Notes: generated from the sequence alone by a model not told the origin. 64,000 bases of DNA from an uncultured delta proteobacterium (GCA_963713045.1 CAVQKE010000007.1:416001-480000), one strand, 5' to 3'; shown: positions 1-9,771, numbered from the stretch's first letter. Program-made: numbers and translations.

Positions 1-12
1 GCCAGCGCCAGC

Positions 13-771
13 TCACTTGGCGACGAAGTCATCCCGACGGTTTGCCGCCCAGGCCGCTTCGTTCTCGCCTTGCACCGCGGGCCGAAGCTTGCCGTAGCCC
101 ACCGTCTGCAGAAGGGAGGCCTTCACCCCGAGGTCCACCAGGTACTTCTTCGCAGCCTCGGCACGGCGGATGGAGAGGTGGAGGTTGTACTCCTCGGTGC
201 CGCGGTCGTCGCAGTTGCCCTCGATGGTAATCTGCTTGAAGCTGTTGGCCTTGATGCAGCTGGCCAGTGTGTCGAGCTGGGCCCGTGCCCCTTCGTCCAG
301 GTTGCTCTTGTCAAACGCGAAGTGAATCGGTGTCCAGTCGCAGCTACCGGCCCCGGCAGCAGCGCCCTTGACGCACATGCCGGCCTGACACGTCTCGCCC
401 GTCCGGCAGTCGTCGTTGGTGGCGCAGCTGTTGGCGGCACAGACCTTGTTGGTGCAGCGCGCATTGGGGCCGCAGTCCTGGTCCTGGGCACAGCCTTTGG
501 CGACGCACTTGCCGTTGTCACACTTGCGGCCGCTGCCGCAGGCCGCGTCGTCGGTGCACTCCGGCTTCGGCACGCAGGCGTTCTGCTGGCAAACGAAGCC
601 CGGCTTACACTGCTGGTCGGTGGCGCATTCCCTGCACTGGCCCTGGACACAGACTTCGTTGTGTTCCTTGCAATTCTGGTCCGAGTCGCACTTGGGGTAC
701 GTCGGCCCGCAGCCACTGAGGAGGAGGACGACGAATGCCGCGACGCCCACCAACCACCCATTGCGGTGCAT
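13..771 (-). CDS. Pal/OmpA-family peptidoglycan-binding lipoprotein with five N-terminal Cys-rich repeats
   Basis: Lipobox LLSGC; five C-x5-C-x5/6-C-x4-C repeats; C-terminal OmpA-like domain (IHFAFDKS, IEGNCDDRGTEEYNLHLSIRRA, GYGK, NRR). Confidence 0.88.
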   Translation of the reverse strand: MHRNGWLVGVAAFVVLLLSGCGPTYPKCDSDQNCKEHNEVCVQGQCRECATDQQCKPGFVCQQNACVPKPECTDDAACGSGRKCDNGKCVAKGCAQDQDCGPNARCTNKVCAANSCATNDDCRTGETCQAGMCVKGAAAGAGSCDWTPIHFAFDKSNLDEGARAQLDTLASCIKANSFKQITIEGNCDDRGTEEYNLHLSIRRAEAAKKYLVDLGVKASLLQTVGYGKLRPAVQGENEAAWAANRRDDFVAK

Positions 772-810
772 GCTGTCTCCTCAAGTGACTCAAAAACAAA
801 GCGGAAAAAC

Positions 811-840
811 GCTGTACCGCCCCCAACCGGTCGCGGTCAA
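811..840 (-). promoter_or_regulatory. Putative sigma70-type promoter of the Pal/OmpA gene
   Basis: Minus strand TTGACC-N18-TACAGC about 40 nt upstream of the ATG. Confidence 0.35.
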
Positions 841-878
841 AGGAATTCTCGCCCAGTGTCGCCCCACGGCCACACGCT

Positions 879-912
879 GTGGGCAGATGCCCACGCGCCG
901 TGCACGGCGCGT
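879..912. promoter_or_regulatory. Two overlapping palindromes in the divergent pal/activator intergenic region
   Basis: GTGGGCA-GA-TGCCCAC (879-894) and a perfect 20-bp palindrome ACGCGCCGTGCACGGCGCGT (893-912). Confidence 0.45.
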
Positions 913-935
913 CGGCTTTTAGGAATGTGACTTGA

Positions 936-2369
936 ATGGCCCACAGCGTCCTCATCGTCGATGACGAGAAGAACATTCTTCTCAGCTTGAGCCAGTCGCT
1001 GCAGCTGGCCGGCTACCGCACCGAGTTGGCCCAGACTGGCCAGCTGGCCCTCGACGTGGCGGGCTCGCGCCCGGTGGACGCCGTCCTGCTGGACGTGCGG
1101 ATGCCGGATTTGGACGGGCTGTTGGTTCTCCAACGGCTGCTCGCCCTGCGGCCTGGCCTGCCCACCATCATGATGTCCGGACACGCCACCATCGACACCG
1201 CAGTGCGCGCCACCCACCTTGGGGCCCGCGACTTTTTGGAAAAGCCCATCGCCCGCGACCGCCTCCTGCTGGCGCTGCGCAATGCCCTGGAGCATCAGGC
1301 GGTGGTGGCGCAGCTGAGAGAGCTTCAGGCCGAAGCGCCAGCGGACGAGATGGTGGGGCACGGAGTGGCGATGAGCCGGCTGAGCGCGCTGCTGGCCCGG
1401 GCCGCCCCCAGCGAGGGGCGGGTCCTCATCAGCGGCGAGAACGGCACCGGCAAGGAGTTGGTGGCGCGGGCGCTGCACCGGCGCAGCCGACGGGCGGCCG
1501 GCCCCTTCGTCCGGGTGAATTGCGCGGCCGTCCCGGAGGGCCTCATCGAAAGCGAGCTTTTTGGACACGAGCGAGGGGCCTTCACCGGTGCCACCGCGGT
1601 GCGCCGGGGGAAATTCGAGCTGGCCGACACCGGGACCCTCTTCCTGGACGAAGTGGGAGACATGCCGCCGGCGATGCAGGCCAAGCTGCTGCGCGTGCTT
1701 CAAGAAAATGAATTTGAGCGCGTCGGCGGCACCGAGACGTTGCGCGTCGACGTCCGGGTGCTGGCTGCCACCAACCGCGACCTCGAGGCCGAGATTTCGG
1801 CCGGTCGCTTCCGGGAGGACCTCTACTACCGGCTGGCGGTGGTGCACTTGCACACCCCGCCCCTGCGGGAACGGCGGGAAGACCTTCCGGAACTCATCTC
1901 CACCTTCCTCGCGGAGGCCTGCCGGCGCAACGGCAGGCGTCCGCTGCGCCTGTCGCCCGAGGCGGTGGCGCTGCTGTCAGCCCAGCCCTACCCCGGCAAC
2001 GTCCGAGAGTTGCGCAACTTGATTGAGCGGCTCGCCATTCTCTGCGACGGGCCAGAGGTGACAGCCGAGGCGGCGGGCGAGTTGCTGCCGGCACCCCGCC
2101 TTCATCGGCAGGCGGAAGCGGCGGGGGCTCTTCAGCCGCCTGAGGTGCCCAAGGCGGCACGCCCCGCGCCGGTGGTGGGCAGCAAGCCCTTCCGCGAGCT
2201 GGTGGAGGACGCCGAGCGCGAGATTATTATCCGGACGCTGGCCTTCGCCGGCGACAACGTCACCGAGGCGGCGCGCCTGCTCGACCTCGAGCGCGGCCAC
2301 TTCTACAAAAAAATGAAGGCCTTAGGCCTCCGGCGCGGGCCGCCCGAGGGGGAGCCGGCCGCCGGTTAG
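936..2369 (+). CDS. Sigma54-dependent response regulator (NtrC/NtrX-like: REC, AAA+, Fis HTH)
   Basis: REC (IVDDE, LLDVRMP); Walker A GENGTGKE; intact GAFTGA; FLDEVG; YPGNVREL; C-terminal HTH (NVTEAARLL). Confidence 0.95.
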   Translation: MAHSVLIVDDEKNILLSLSQSLQLAGYRTELAQTGQLALDVAGSRPVDAVLLDVRMPDLDGLLVLQRLLALRPGLPTIMMSGHATIDTAVRATHLGARDFLEKPIARDRLLLALRNALEHQAVVAQLRELQAEAPADEMVGHGVAMSRLSALLARAAPSEGRVLISGENGTGKELVARALHRRSRRAAGPFVRVNCAAVPEGLIESELFGHERGAFTGATAVRRGKFELADTGTLFLDEVGDMPPAMQAKLLRVLQENEFERVGGTETLRVDVRVLAATNRDLEAEISAGRFREDLYYRLAVVHLHTPPLRERREDLPELISTFLAEACRRNGRRPLRLSPEAVALLSAQPYPGNVRELRNLIERLAILCDGPEVTAEAAGELLPAPRLHRQAEAAGALQPPEVPKAARPAPVVGSKPFRELVEDAEREIIIRTLAFAGDNVTEAARLLDLERGHFYKKMKALGLRRGPPEGEPAAG

Positions 2370-2388
2370 CCCCCCCCGCCTGACCAAC

Positions 2389-2970
2389 TCAGGCCCCCAT
2401 CAGGATGAGACTGAGCACCGTTGCGACCTCGACGTCGCTCCAGGTGGCCATCACGGCCGGCAGCTGGAGGAAGCCGTAGCCGCCAGGCACCATCTGCCCT
2501 TCGTACTTGTTGCCATTCCACTGCAGGTTGTAGGTGACGACGCCGATGCGGCCGTTGATGGCTTTGGGGCTGAGAATCCAGTCCGAGTTGCCGACGCCCA
2601 TCGCGCCGACAATGTGCGCACTGCCATCGGGGTTGACGTCGACGATGCAGCTGAAGGGGGTGGTCCCCACCGAGCCTTCCGCCTTGTTTCCTTTAATGCT
2701 GACGTCGACGCTGCGTCCGGAGTTGCCGGTGCCCCGCACGTGGCCGCCGGTGATGCTGAGGCTGGCCACCGGCCCGCTGAGAGAGCGGCCGCTGATGGAG
2801 TTGGAGATTTGGCCACCGTTGGCCACACCCTGAAGGTCATTCCCGGTGGACATCGACGCCGAGGCGAGTTTCCAGTCGGGCGGCGGCCCGGCCGGCATGG
2901 CGGGCGGGGGGGTGGCACAGGCCAAGAGGGCAAAACAGGACAGCGGCGCAACCAAGTGTGAGACGCGCAT
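2389..2970 (-). CDS. Hypothetical lipoprotein, paralog of 3153-3734
   Basis: Lipobox LLAC; Pro-rich linker; C-terminal similarity to the neighbouring ORF. Confidence 0.75.
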   Translation of the reverse strand: MRVSHLVAPLSCFALLACATPPPAMPAGPPPDWKLASASMSTGNDLQGVANGGQISNSISGRSLSGPVASLSITGGHVRGTGNSGRSVDVSIKGNKAEGSVGTTPFSCIVDVNPDGSAHIVGAMGVGNSDWILSPKAINGRIGVVTYNLQWNGNKYEGQMVPGGYGFLQLPAVMATWSDVEVATVLSLILMGA

Positions 2971-3152
2971 CTGAGGCCTCCTCCAAGTTTTACGGAAAGG
3001 TGAGCGGCAAAGTGACGGCGCCCCCCCAAAAAAGCACTTCGCCTTTGGGCAGCATCCGCCCAGCCGGCAGCCGCTGTCACTTGGATTCTTCCCCGCCCGG
3101 GGGCCGGGCTACGGCGACGGGGGGGCGGCCGAGCGAGGAAGCTGGCGGAGGC

Positions 3153-3734
3153 TTAGGTCCCGAGGACGATGGCCAGCACCGTGGCGGACTCGAGGTCCGA
3201 CCAGCTGGACATGCCCGCCGGCAGCTCCAAGGAGGTGATTTGGACGCTGCCCGCGCAGCTCGACATCCCCTCATAGCGGTTGCCGTTGAAGGTCAAGTCG
3301 TAGCTGCACTTGCCAAGGTACCCCTTAAAAATTTTCGGGCTGATGCTGAAGGCGGAGAGCTTGGCGCCGGCGAAGAGGCCGGTCACCTGAGTGACACCGT
3401 CGTCCTGCCGCTCAATTTGCACGCTGAAGGGGGCATTCTTGTAGTTGCCGTCGGTACGGGTGGCCTTGAGGGTGGCGTCCACCTGCGCATTGCCCGGACC
3501 ATAGCCGCGGATGAAATCCGGGCCGTGGGTGAGATTCCAGGTGGGGCCGAAGATGGCGTTGCCTTCAATGGAAACTTGGACGTACCGGCTTTCCGAGCGC
3601 AGGCGCACCTCCTTTCCGGCCGAAGGCGTGGCGGACGCGAAAGCCCAGTGTGGGGCGGCGGGAGGCGGATTCGCTGGTGCCCCGGCACAGCCAAGCGCGA
3701 GGGCCAGCAAGGGGACACAGACAAGTAGGCGCAT
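3153..3734 (-). CDS. Hypothetical lipoprotein, paralog of 2389-2970
   Basis: MRLLVCVPLLALALGC signal/lipobox with GGAG upstream; shares Y.L..NGN.YEG and L.LPA.M..WSD.E.ATVL motifs with the neighbour. Confidence 0.75.
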   Translation of the reverse strand: MRLLVCVPLLALALGCAGAPANPPPAAPHWAFASATPSAGKEVRLRSESRYVQVSIEGNAIFGPTWNLTHGPDFIRGYGPGNAQVDATLKATRTDGNYKNAPFSVQIERQDDGVTQVTGLFAGAKLSAFSISPKIFKGYLGKCSYDLTFNGNRYEGMSSCAGSVQITSLELPAGMSSWSDLESATVLAIVLGT

Positions 3735-3790
3735 GGGCAACTCCAATGGGGGCGTAGCTGGCCGTCCTTGTGACGGGCAGCGCCGGGGCC

Positions 3791-4648
3791 CTATTCACAC
3801 CCCGGCCCGCCGGCGGTTGCAAACTCTGGCACCCCGCCGTCCCCTGCGGACGGTGCAGCCGGGGGAGCCAGGGCGAAACGGGCCCAGACGGGGGCATGGT
3901 CCGAAGGCAGTTTGCCCTTGCGCGCCTCGCGGTCAATGTCGGCCGCCTCGCAGCGGGCGGCGAGGGCTTCTGTGGCGTACACCGCGTCGATGCGCAGCCC
4001 GTGGTTTTTCGGGAAGCCAAGCATCCGGTAGTCCCACCAGCTGTAGCGGCCGGGCTCCGGATGGTGCAGCCGAAAGGTGTCCTTTAGCCCGAAGGCCACG
4101 ACTTCTTGGAGGGCCTTGCGCTCCGGAAGCGAAAACAGCGTCTGTCCCTCCCACAGCGCCGGGTCCCAGACGTCGCGCTCCTCCGGGGCGACGTTGAAGT
4201 CCCCACACAGCACAAGCGACTGCTCGTCCCGGTAGCGAACGTCCAGCGCGTGCCGCAGCTGGGCATAGAAGGCGAGCTTCCCCTGGTAGGCAGGCGAGTC
4301 CACCGACTGGCCGTTGGGCGCGTAGACGGACAGGATGCGCACCCCCTGCACCGTGCCGGCCAGCACGCGCGCTTCGTCAGAAGCCTCGGCCAGCGGCAAC
4401 CCACGCTCCACCTGCTGGACGGGCGTGGTGCTGAGGATGGCCACCCCGTTGTAACTCCGCTGGCCGTAGACGGCGGCATGGTAGCCGAGGCGCTCCACCA
4501 TCTCCTTGGGGAACTGTTCCTCGGTGCACTTCAGCTCCTGAAGGCAAAGCACCTCCGGACGGCGGGAGGTGAGGTAGGCCTGCAGCCGCTCGACGCGTGC
4601 CCGCACCGAATTGATGTTCCAGCTGGCGATGGTGAGTGGTGTGCCCAG
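3791..4648 (-). CDS. xth: Exodeoxyribonuclease III
   Basis: IASWNINSVRAR, LCLQELK, YNGVAI, SVYAPNG, GDFN, LRID and SDHAPV motifs. The start is probably a CTG at 4648 after AAGGA. Confidence 0.93.
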   Translation of the reverse strand: MGTPLTIASWNINSVRARVERLQAYLTSRRPEVLCLQELKCTEEQFPKEMVERLGYHAAVYGQRSYNGVAILSTTPVQQVERGLPLAEASDEARVLAGTVQGVRILSVYAPNGQSVDSPAYQGKLAFYAQLRHALDVRYRDEQSLVLCGDFNVAPEERDVWDPALWEGQTLFSLPERKALQEVVAFGLKDTFRLHHPEPGRYSWWDYRMLGFPKNHGLRIDAVYATEALAARCEAADIDREARKGKLPSDHAPVWARFALAPPAAPSAGDGGVPEFATAGGPGCE

Positions 4649-4780
4649 GGCGTCCTTTTCTAACGCAGGACGTGGGCCCCGCCAGGCCACACGCCCCAAC
4701 CCCAGCCCGTGGCCACCCGGCCACTGGACGGTGTGGACAGTCGGCCGCGCCCGCTTGCGCCCCAGAGGGCGCCGCGGCGG

Positions 4781-4796
4781 TGGCACGGCGCGCGCA
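4781..4796 (+). promoter_or_regulatory. Putative sigma54 (-24/-12) promoter upstream of the TPR lipoprotein gene
   Basis: TGGCACGGCGCGCGCA gives GG-N10-GC with a perfect TGGCACG -24 element, ~65 nt before the ATG at 4862. The -12 element lacks the consensus TT. Confidence 0.5.
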
Positions 4797-4861
4797 AGTG
4801 CACCGGCGTGGCCCCCCCAAGGGGCCGCACTCGCAAACAACATTTGAGGTTTCAAAACACC

Positions 4862-5800
4862 ATGCACCGCCCCACGCTTGTCCTCCTCGGCGCCCTGTGC
4901 GCACTCGGCTGCCAAAAGTCTTCTTTCGTCGCTGCCCGTCCGGCACCAGCCGCGGAAGTCCCCCGCGTCGCCCTTGCGGCGCCGGCGACGCCTCAGCTGC
5001 CGGACGCCGGCCGGGTGGTGGAGGCGGCGCGCCGGGTGGTCACCGCGCCAGTCCTGGGACTTGCCCACGTGGACAGCGTGCCCACCGACCACCTGGCCCG
5101 GGCCCGGGCGCTGCGGGAAGAAGGCGACACCGTGGAAGCCTTGGCCGAGGCCCGCCGCCAGCTGGCGGACAGCCCGGAGGATGAGGAGGCGCTGGAGTGG
5201 GTGGGCCGCGCCGCGCAGTCCCTCGGCCAGCTTCCCCTGGCCGCGGCGGCCTTTGAGAAGCTGGGCGAGGTGCGTGAAGACGACGCACTCCCCCTGATTC
5301 GGGCGGGCCGGCTCCACCTGGCCATGCAGGACAGTGCCGGCGCGGCGCGGGAGGCCACCTTGGCACTGGAACGCGACGAGGGGTCGGTCGAGGCCTACCA
5401 AGTGCTGGGCCGCGCCGCCCTCCTGGACGGGGACTTGCGGCATGCCATCGAATGGCTGGAGCAAGCCCGGACGCTGGCGCCGGCCCATGGCTGGGTCCTC
5501 AACAACCTTGGCTTCGCGTACCTGAGTGCCAATGAGAATGCGAAGGCGCTGGAGACGTTGACGCGTGCCGCGGAACTGCTGCCGACGGCGGCGGTGGTGC
5601 AAAACAACCTCGGCGTGGCCCTGGAGCGCGTCGGGCGCACCAGCGAGGCCAGCGACGCCTTCGACAAGTCCGCCGCGCTGGCGCCGGGCTACACCCGCGC
5701 CCAGGTCAACCGCGCCCGGCTGGCGCTGCTGCGCACGGCCGACGGCGGGGCAGACGCCACCCCTGAGGAGGAGGCGGATGCCGACGGGGGCGAGGACTAA
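4862..5800 (+). CDS. Tetratricopeptide-repeat lipoprotein
   Basis: Lipobox ALGC; TPR motifs (VLNNLGFAYL, VQNNLGVALERVG). Confidence 0.85.
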   Translation: MHRPTLVLLGALCALGCQKSSFVAARPAPAAEVPRVALAAPATPQLPDAGRVVEAARRVVTAPVLGLAHVDSVPTDHLARARALREEGDTVEALAEARRQLADSPEDEEALEWVGRAAQSLGQLPLAAAAFEKLGEVREDDALPLIRAGRLHLAMQDSAGAAREATLALERDEGSVEAYQVLGRAALLDGDLRHAIEWLEQARTLAPAHGWVLNNLGFAYLSANENAKALETLTRAAELLPTAAVVQNNLGVALERVGRTSEASDAFDKSAALAPGYTRAQVNRARLALLRTADGGADATPEEEADADGGED

Positions 5801-5971
5801 GGGCTTCGCCCGTCCTGTTTGCTAGGGGCAGCCAGGGGGCCCCAGGGTACCGGGCCCTCTGCTAGCCTTTGCCACCGCAAAGACGACACGAGCGCGCCCA
5901 AAACCTGGCTCCAAACAGGGCGCCCGAAAGGCCCCGCCCTATATTGGGGGCCTTCTCGACAGACGAGGACG

Positions 5972-8515
5972 ATGGCCTCTCCCTACCCCAAAAGCTTCCG
6001 CCGGCCGGTCAGCCCTGTGCTGCGGGCGCTTCGCGTTGCCGGCTTGGTCGTGGGCGGCCTGTTGGTGGCTTGCCTGGTGAGCGGTGCGGTCGCCTATTTC
6101 ATTTTCAGCCGTGGCCTGCCTTCGGTGGAAGCACTGCGGGACTATCGGCCGCCCCAGGTGACGAAGGTGCTGTGCGCCGACGGCAGCCTGTGCGCGGAGT
6201 ACTACCTCGAGCGGCGCACCCTGGTGGACGCCGCGCTGTTGCCGGCCCATGTGCGCAACGCCTTCCTCGCCGCCGAAGACGCGGACTTCTACCGGCACGA
6301 GGGCCTCGACTATTGGGGCATGGTGCGCGCTGGGCTGAAGGCCCTGCGGCCCGGAGGCCGCCTCACCGGCGCCTCCACCATCACCCAGCAGGCCTGCCGA
6401 AACCTCCTCCTGACGCAAGAACGCAAGGTGAGCCGGAAGTTCCGCGAGTGGATTCTCACTCCGCGGATGGAGCGCGCCCTCACCAAGGACCAAATCCTCA
6501 ACCTCTACCTCAACCAAATTAACTTCGGACACAGCCGCTACGGCCTGGAGGAGGCGGCCCTGTTTTATTTTGGAAAGCACGCCGCCCAACTGGACGTGGC
6601 CCAGGCCGCGGTGCTGGCCGGCACCGTGCAACAGCCGGCCCGCATCAATCCCCTCACCTCCCTCACCAAAGCCAAGGGCCGTCAAGCCTACGTGCTGCAG
6701 CAAATGGTGAAGCACGGCTTCCTTTCCGAGGCCGACGCGCACAGCGCCGCTGCCGAGCCGCTGGTGCTGGCGCCGCGGCCGCCACCGGCCGTGGGCCTGT
6801 ACTACGTGGAGGAGATTCGCCGCATGCTGTTTGCCCACTACGGCGAGGCGCAGGTGTTGACCGGCGGGCTGCGGGTGGAGATTGCGATGGACCCCCAGCT
6901 GCAGGCCCTGGCCGAGGACGCGCTGCGGGAGGGACTGCAGACGCTCGACCGGCGGATGGGCTACCGCGGGCCACTCGGGACGCTGGAGGCGCAGCGCTTC
7001 TCCACCTTCCGCCACCTCCTCGAAGGGCGACTGGCGGAGGCTGGCCGGCGCGAGAAGGAAAACTCGCTGGTGGCCGACGTCGGCCCGTTGGTGAGCGCGC
7101 AGGCCCGCTCGGAAGAGGCGGAGGCGGCCGAGGTGGACCCCGAGGGGGAGATGGAGGCGGCGCCGGAGGAGGCGCTGGCCGCGACGGTGCCGCTGCTGCC
7201 GGTGCACGAGGGCCTCACGCTTGCCGGCTATGTGACGCGCGTGGATGACGCCTCCCGCACCGCCACCCTGGACTTTGTCGGACGCAGCGGGGTGCTTTCC
7301 TTCTCGACGGTGGGCTGGGCGCGCGCCCGGGGCGTGGGGAAGTGGACGCCGGCCCCGCAGAAGCTGTCCGACGTGCTGGCCGAAGGCCAGGTGGTGCGGG
7401 TGCGCGTGCTGCAGGCCCCGGCGGCGCCCAAGCCGCTGGAGGTGACACTGGACCAAGTCCCGGAGGTGCAAGGGGCCCTCACCGCCATCGACCCAGTCAC
7501 CCGGCGCGTCCTGGCCCTCGCCGGCGGCTATGACTTTCGCCTCTCCCCGTTTAACCGCGCCACCCAGGCGCACCGTCAGCCGGGCTCCTCCTTCAAGCCT
7601 TTCCTGTATGCGGCAGCCCTGCAGAGCCAGCGCTTTACCGCGGTGAGTGTCCTCAACGACGCCCCGGAGGCGGTGCGCGACCCCTACACCGGCCGGGTGT
7701 GGAAGCCGCAGAATTACGAACGCACCGGTTTTGAGGGGCCGATGACGGTCCGCCAGGCCCTCACCCGCTCGAAAAACACCGTCTCCGTCCGCCTGATTGA
7801 GGCCCTCACCCCGGCGGTGGCCATTGAATTTGCGCAAAAGGTTGGCATCCACAGCACCATGCCGGACAACCTGACGCTGGCCCTTGGCACCGGGGAAGTC
7901 ACCCAGCTGGAAATTGCAAACGCCTACGCAACTTTCGCCGGCGGAGGCCGCTACGCGGACCCGCTGTTGCTGCTGCGGGTGACGAATGCCTCCGGCACGG
8001 TGCTGGAGGAGCACCAGGCGGCGTTTCAAGACGCCACCTCTCCGGCGGTGGCCTACCTCATCACCTCCCTGATGCGCAGCGTGGTGGAGGAAGGGACGGC
8101 GGCCGCGGTGCGCGACCTCAACCGGCCGGCGGCCGGAAAAACCGGCACCACCAATGAATACCGGGACGCCTGGTTTGACGGCTACACCCCCACCCTGTTG
8201 GCCTCGGCGTGGGTGGGCTTCGACGACCATTCCTCGCTGGGCCCGGGGGAGTCCGGGGCCAAGGCGGCGCTGCCGGTGTGGCTGCGCTTCATGAAGGCCG
8301 CCACCGACAAAACTCCGGTGACGGACTTTGCCGTGCCGCCGGGCGTGACGCTTGTCCGGGTGGACCCCAGCACCGGACTGTTGGCCGGGCCCCACGTGCC
8401 CGGTCGGCAGGAGGCCTTCCTCGACGGCACCGCCCCGACGTCCGAGGCGCCGGCCCCCAACGAGGCCAGCCCGGACCGCTTCCTCATGGAGGACCCGGAC
8501 AAGGGCCACCTGTGA
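5972..8515 (+). CDS. mrcA: Penicillin-binding protein 1A (class A bifunctional PBP)
   Basis: TM anchor; transglycosylase motifs AAEDADFY.HEG and GASTITQQ; OB-like insert; transpeptidase SxxK (PGSSFKP), SKN and KTG motifs. Confidence 0.93.
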   Translation: MASPYPKSFRRPVSPVLRALRVAGLVVGGLLVACLVSGAVAYFIFSRGLPSVEALRDYRPPQVTKVLCADGSLCAEYYLERRTLVDAALLPAHVRNAFLAAEDADFYRHEGLDYWGMVRAGLKALRPGGRLTGASTITQQACRNLLLTQERKVSRKFREWILTPRMERALTKDQILNLYLNQINFGHSRYGLEEAALFYFGKHAAQLDVAQAAVLAGTVQQPARINPLTSLTKAKGRQAYVLQQMVKHGFLSEADAHSAAAEPLVLAPRPPPAVGLYYVEEIRRMLFAHYGEAQVLTGGLRVEIAMDPQLQALAEDALREGLQTLDRRMGYRGPLGTLEAQRFSTFRHLLEGRLAEAGRREKENSLVADVGPLVSAQARSEEAEAAEVDPEGEMEAAPEEALAATVPLLPVHEGLTLAGYVTRVDDASRTATLDFVGRSGVLSFSTVGWARARGVGKWTPAPQKLSDVLAEGQVVRVRVLQAPAAPKPLEVTLDQVPEVQGALTAIDPVTRRVLALAGGYDFRLSPFNRATQAHRQPGSSFKPFLYAAALQSQRFTAVSVLNDAPEAVRDPYTGRVWKPQNYERTGFEGPMTVRQALTRSKNTVSVRLIEALTPAVAIEFAQKVGIHSTMPDNLTLALGTGEVTQLEIANAYATFAGGGRYADPLLLLRVTNASGTVLEEHQAAFQDATSPAVAYLITSLMRSVVEEGTAAAVRDLNRPAAGKTGTTNEYRDAWFDGYTPTLLASAWVGFDDHSSLGPGESGAKAALPVWLRFMKAATDKTPVTDFAVPPGVTLVRVDPSTGLLAGPHVPGRQEAFLDGTAPTSEAPAPNEASPDRFLMEDPDKGHL

Positions 8516-9771
8516 GAGGGCCCCTTCTCGCCCTGTTCCTGGCCCAGGCCCCGGCCCCGGGCGCCTTGGAGGGGCTGGCCGAAGCCATCGCCGGCCAGGT
8601 GCGTGCCGCCGGCGCCACTGCCCCGGTGGCCCTGTCCCTCTCCGCCCCCGGACACCCGGCCCTCCGCCAGGCCTTTGCCACACTGCTGCTGGCCCGCCTC
8701 AGCGGCCTCGGGCTACGGCCGCAGAAGGTGTCGCCGGGGGCCGACGCGGAAGCGCAAGCGCGCGCACGGGGTGCCCGGGCGCTGGTGCGGCTGCGCTTGA
8801 CGCTGGACGGCGGGCTGGACGCCGCCGGGGACGTGCTGCCCACCTGGGACAACTTCTTCTCCGGCCGGGCTTCGCCGTCCGGCCGGCCCGCGGCGGTGCT
8901 GTTTGCCGAGGTGCCGCCAGATGCTGCGGTGCGTGCGCTGGCCCGGGCCGCGGACGCCCCGGCCTTGCTGCTGGAGGCCGCGCCACTGGCTGAATGGCCC
9001 GTCCGGACCGCCGCGCTGGCCGCCGGGGACTTGGACGGCGACGGCCAGCCGGAGTTGGCCGTCCTCACCGAAGTGGCGGTGGAGGTGCGAGGCCGGGACG
9101 GACGGCTGCTCGCCCGGCGCAGCCTGGACAGCCTGCCACCGGCAACGCCGCCCAGCCGCGAGCCCTTCGGCACGCTGTGCATTTGCCAAGGCCTCCTCTA
9201 CGCCTACAGCGCGGCCCGCGCCGTGGGCGAGGTGCTGGCCCTGGAAGGCGCAGCCCTCGTCCCCCGCGCGCCTTTGGCCCAGCCGGTGGTGGCCTGCGGG
9301 CCCCCGCTGCTGGAGGCCTCGCTTCTCCCCGGCGTGGCGCGCCTTCAGCCGGCGGGCCCCGGCTGGCCTGCGCTGCCGGAGGCCCCGGCGGCGTGGGGCA
9401 TCGTCGTCAGGCCTGGGCCGGGCGGGCCCTCCCTCCTCGTGCTTCGGGAGGACGGCACGGCGCTGGCCGGCGCAGCCACCGGCGGCTGGCAGCTTTTGAC
9501 GGGCGTCGGCGCCGGCGCGGCCTTGGCGGACCTCTCCGGGGACGGCGTGCTGCGCGTGGCGGCCAGCTCCGCGCAGCCGCTGCCGGAAAGGGACAGCGTC
9601 CGCCTCCTCGCTGGGGCCACCGGGCGCGAGGAGGGCAGCGTGGAAGTGCCGGGGCGCATTCTTCAGGTGGTGTCGACCGAGTTGGATGCTGACCGCAGTG
9701 AGGCGTTGGTGCTGGGGGTGTGGGTGCCCTCGGGCGGCGCAACGCTGCGGGTGGTGCGGGCGGCGCGGTGA
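8512..9771 (+). CDS. Secreted hypothetical protein with FG-GAP/VCBS-like repeats
   Basis: GTG overlaps the PBP1A stop (GTGA); AGDLDGDGQPELAV and LADLSGDG repeats. Confidence 0.7.
   Translation: MRGPLLALFLAQAPAPGALEGLAEAIAGQVRAAGATAPVALSLSAPGHPALRQAFATLLLARLSGLGLRPQKVSPGADAEAQARARGARALVRLRLTLDGGLDAAGDVLPTWDNFFSGRASPSGRPAAVLFAEVPPDAAVRALARAADAPALLLEAAPLAEWPVRTAALAAGDLDGDGQPELAVLTEVAVEVRGRDGRLLARRSLDSLPPATPPSREPFGTLCICQGLLYAYSAARAVGEVLALEGAALVPRAPLAQPVVACGPPLLEASLLPGVARLQPAGPGWPALPEAPAAWGIVVRPGPGGPSLLVLREDGTALAGAATGGWQLLTGVGAGAALADLSGDGVLRVAASSAQPLPERDSVRLLAGATGREEGSVEVPGRILQVVSTELDADRSEALVLGVWVPSGGATLRVVRAAR

Noticed and set aside
4649..5602. Apparent 318-aa N-terminal extension of xth
   Set aside because: It is antisense to the TPR lipoprotein gene; Xth homology starts at TIASWN.
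5939..8683. 914-aa antisense ORF over PBP1A
   Set aside because: Shadow ORF from high-GC3 codon bias; no recognisable motifs.
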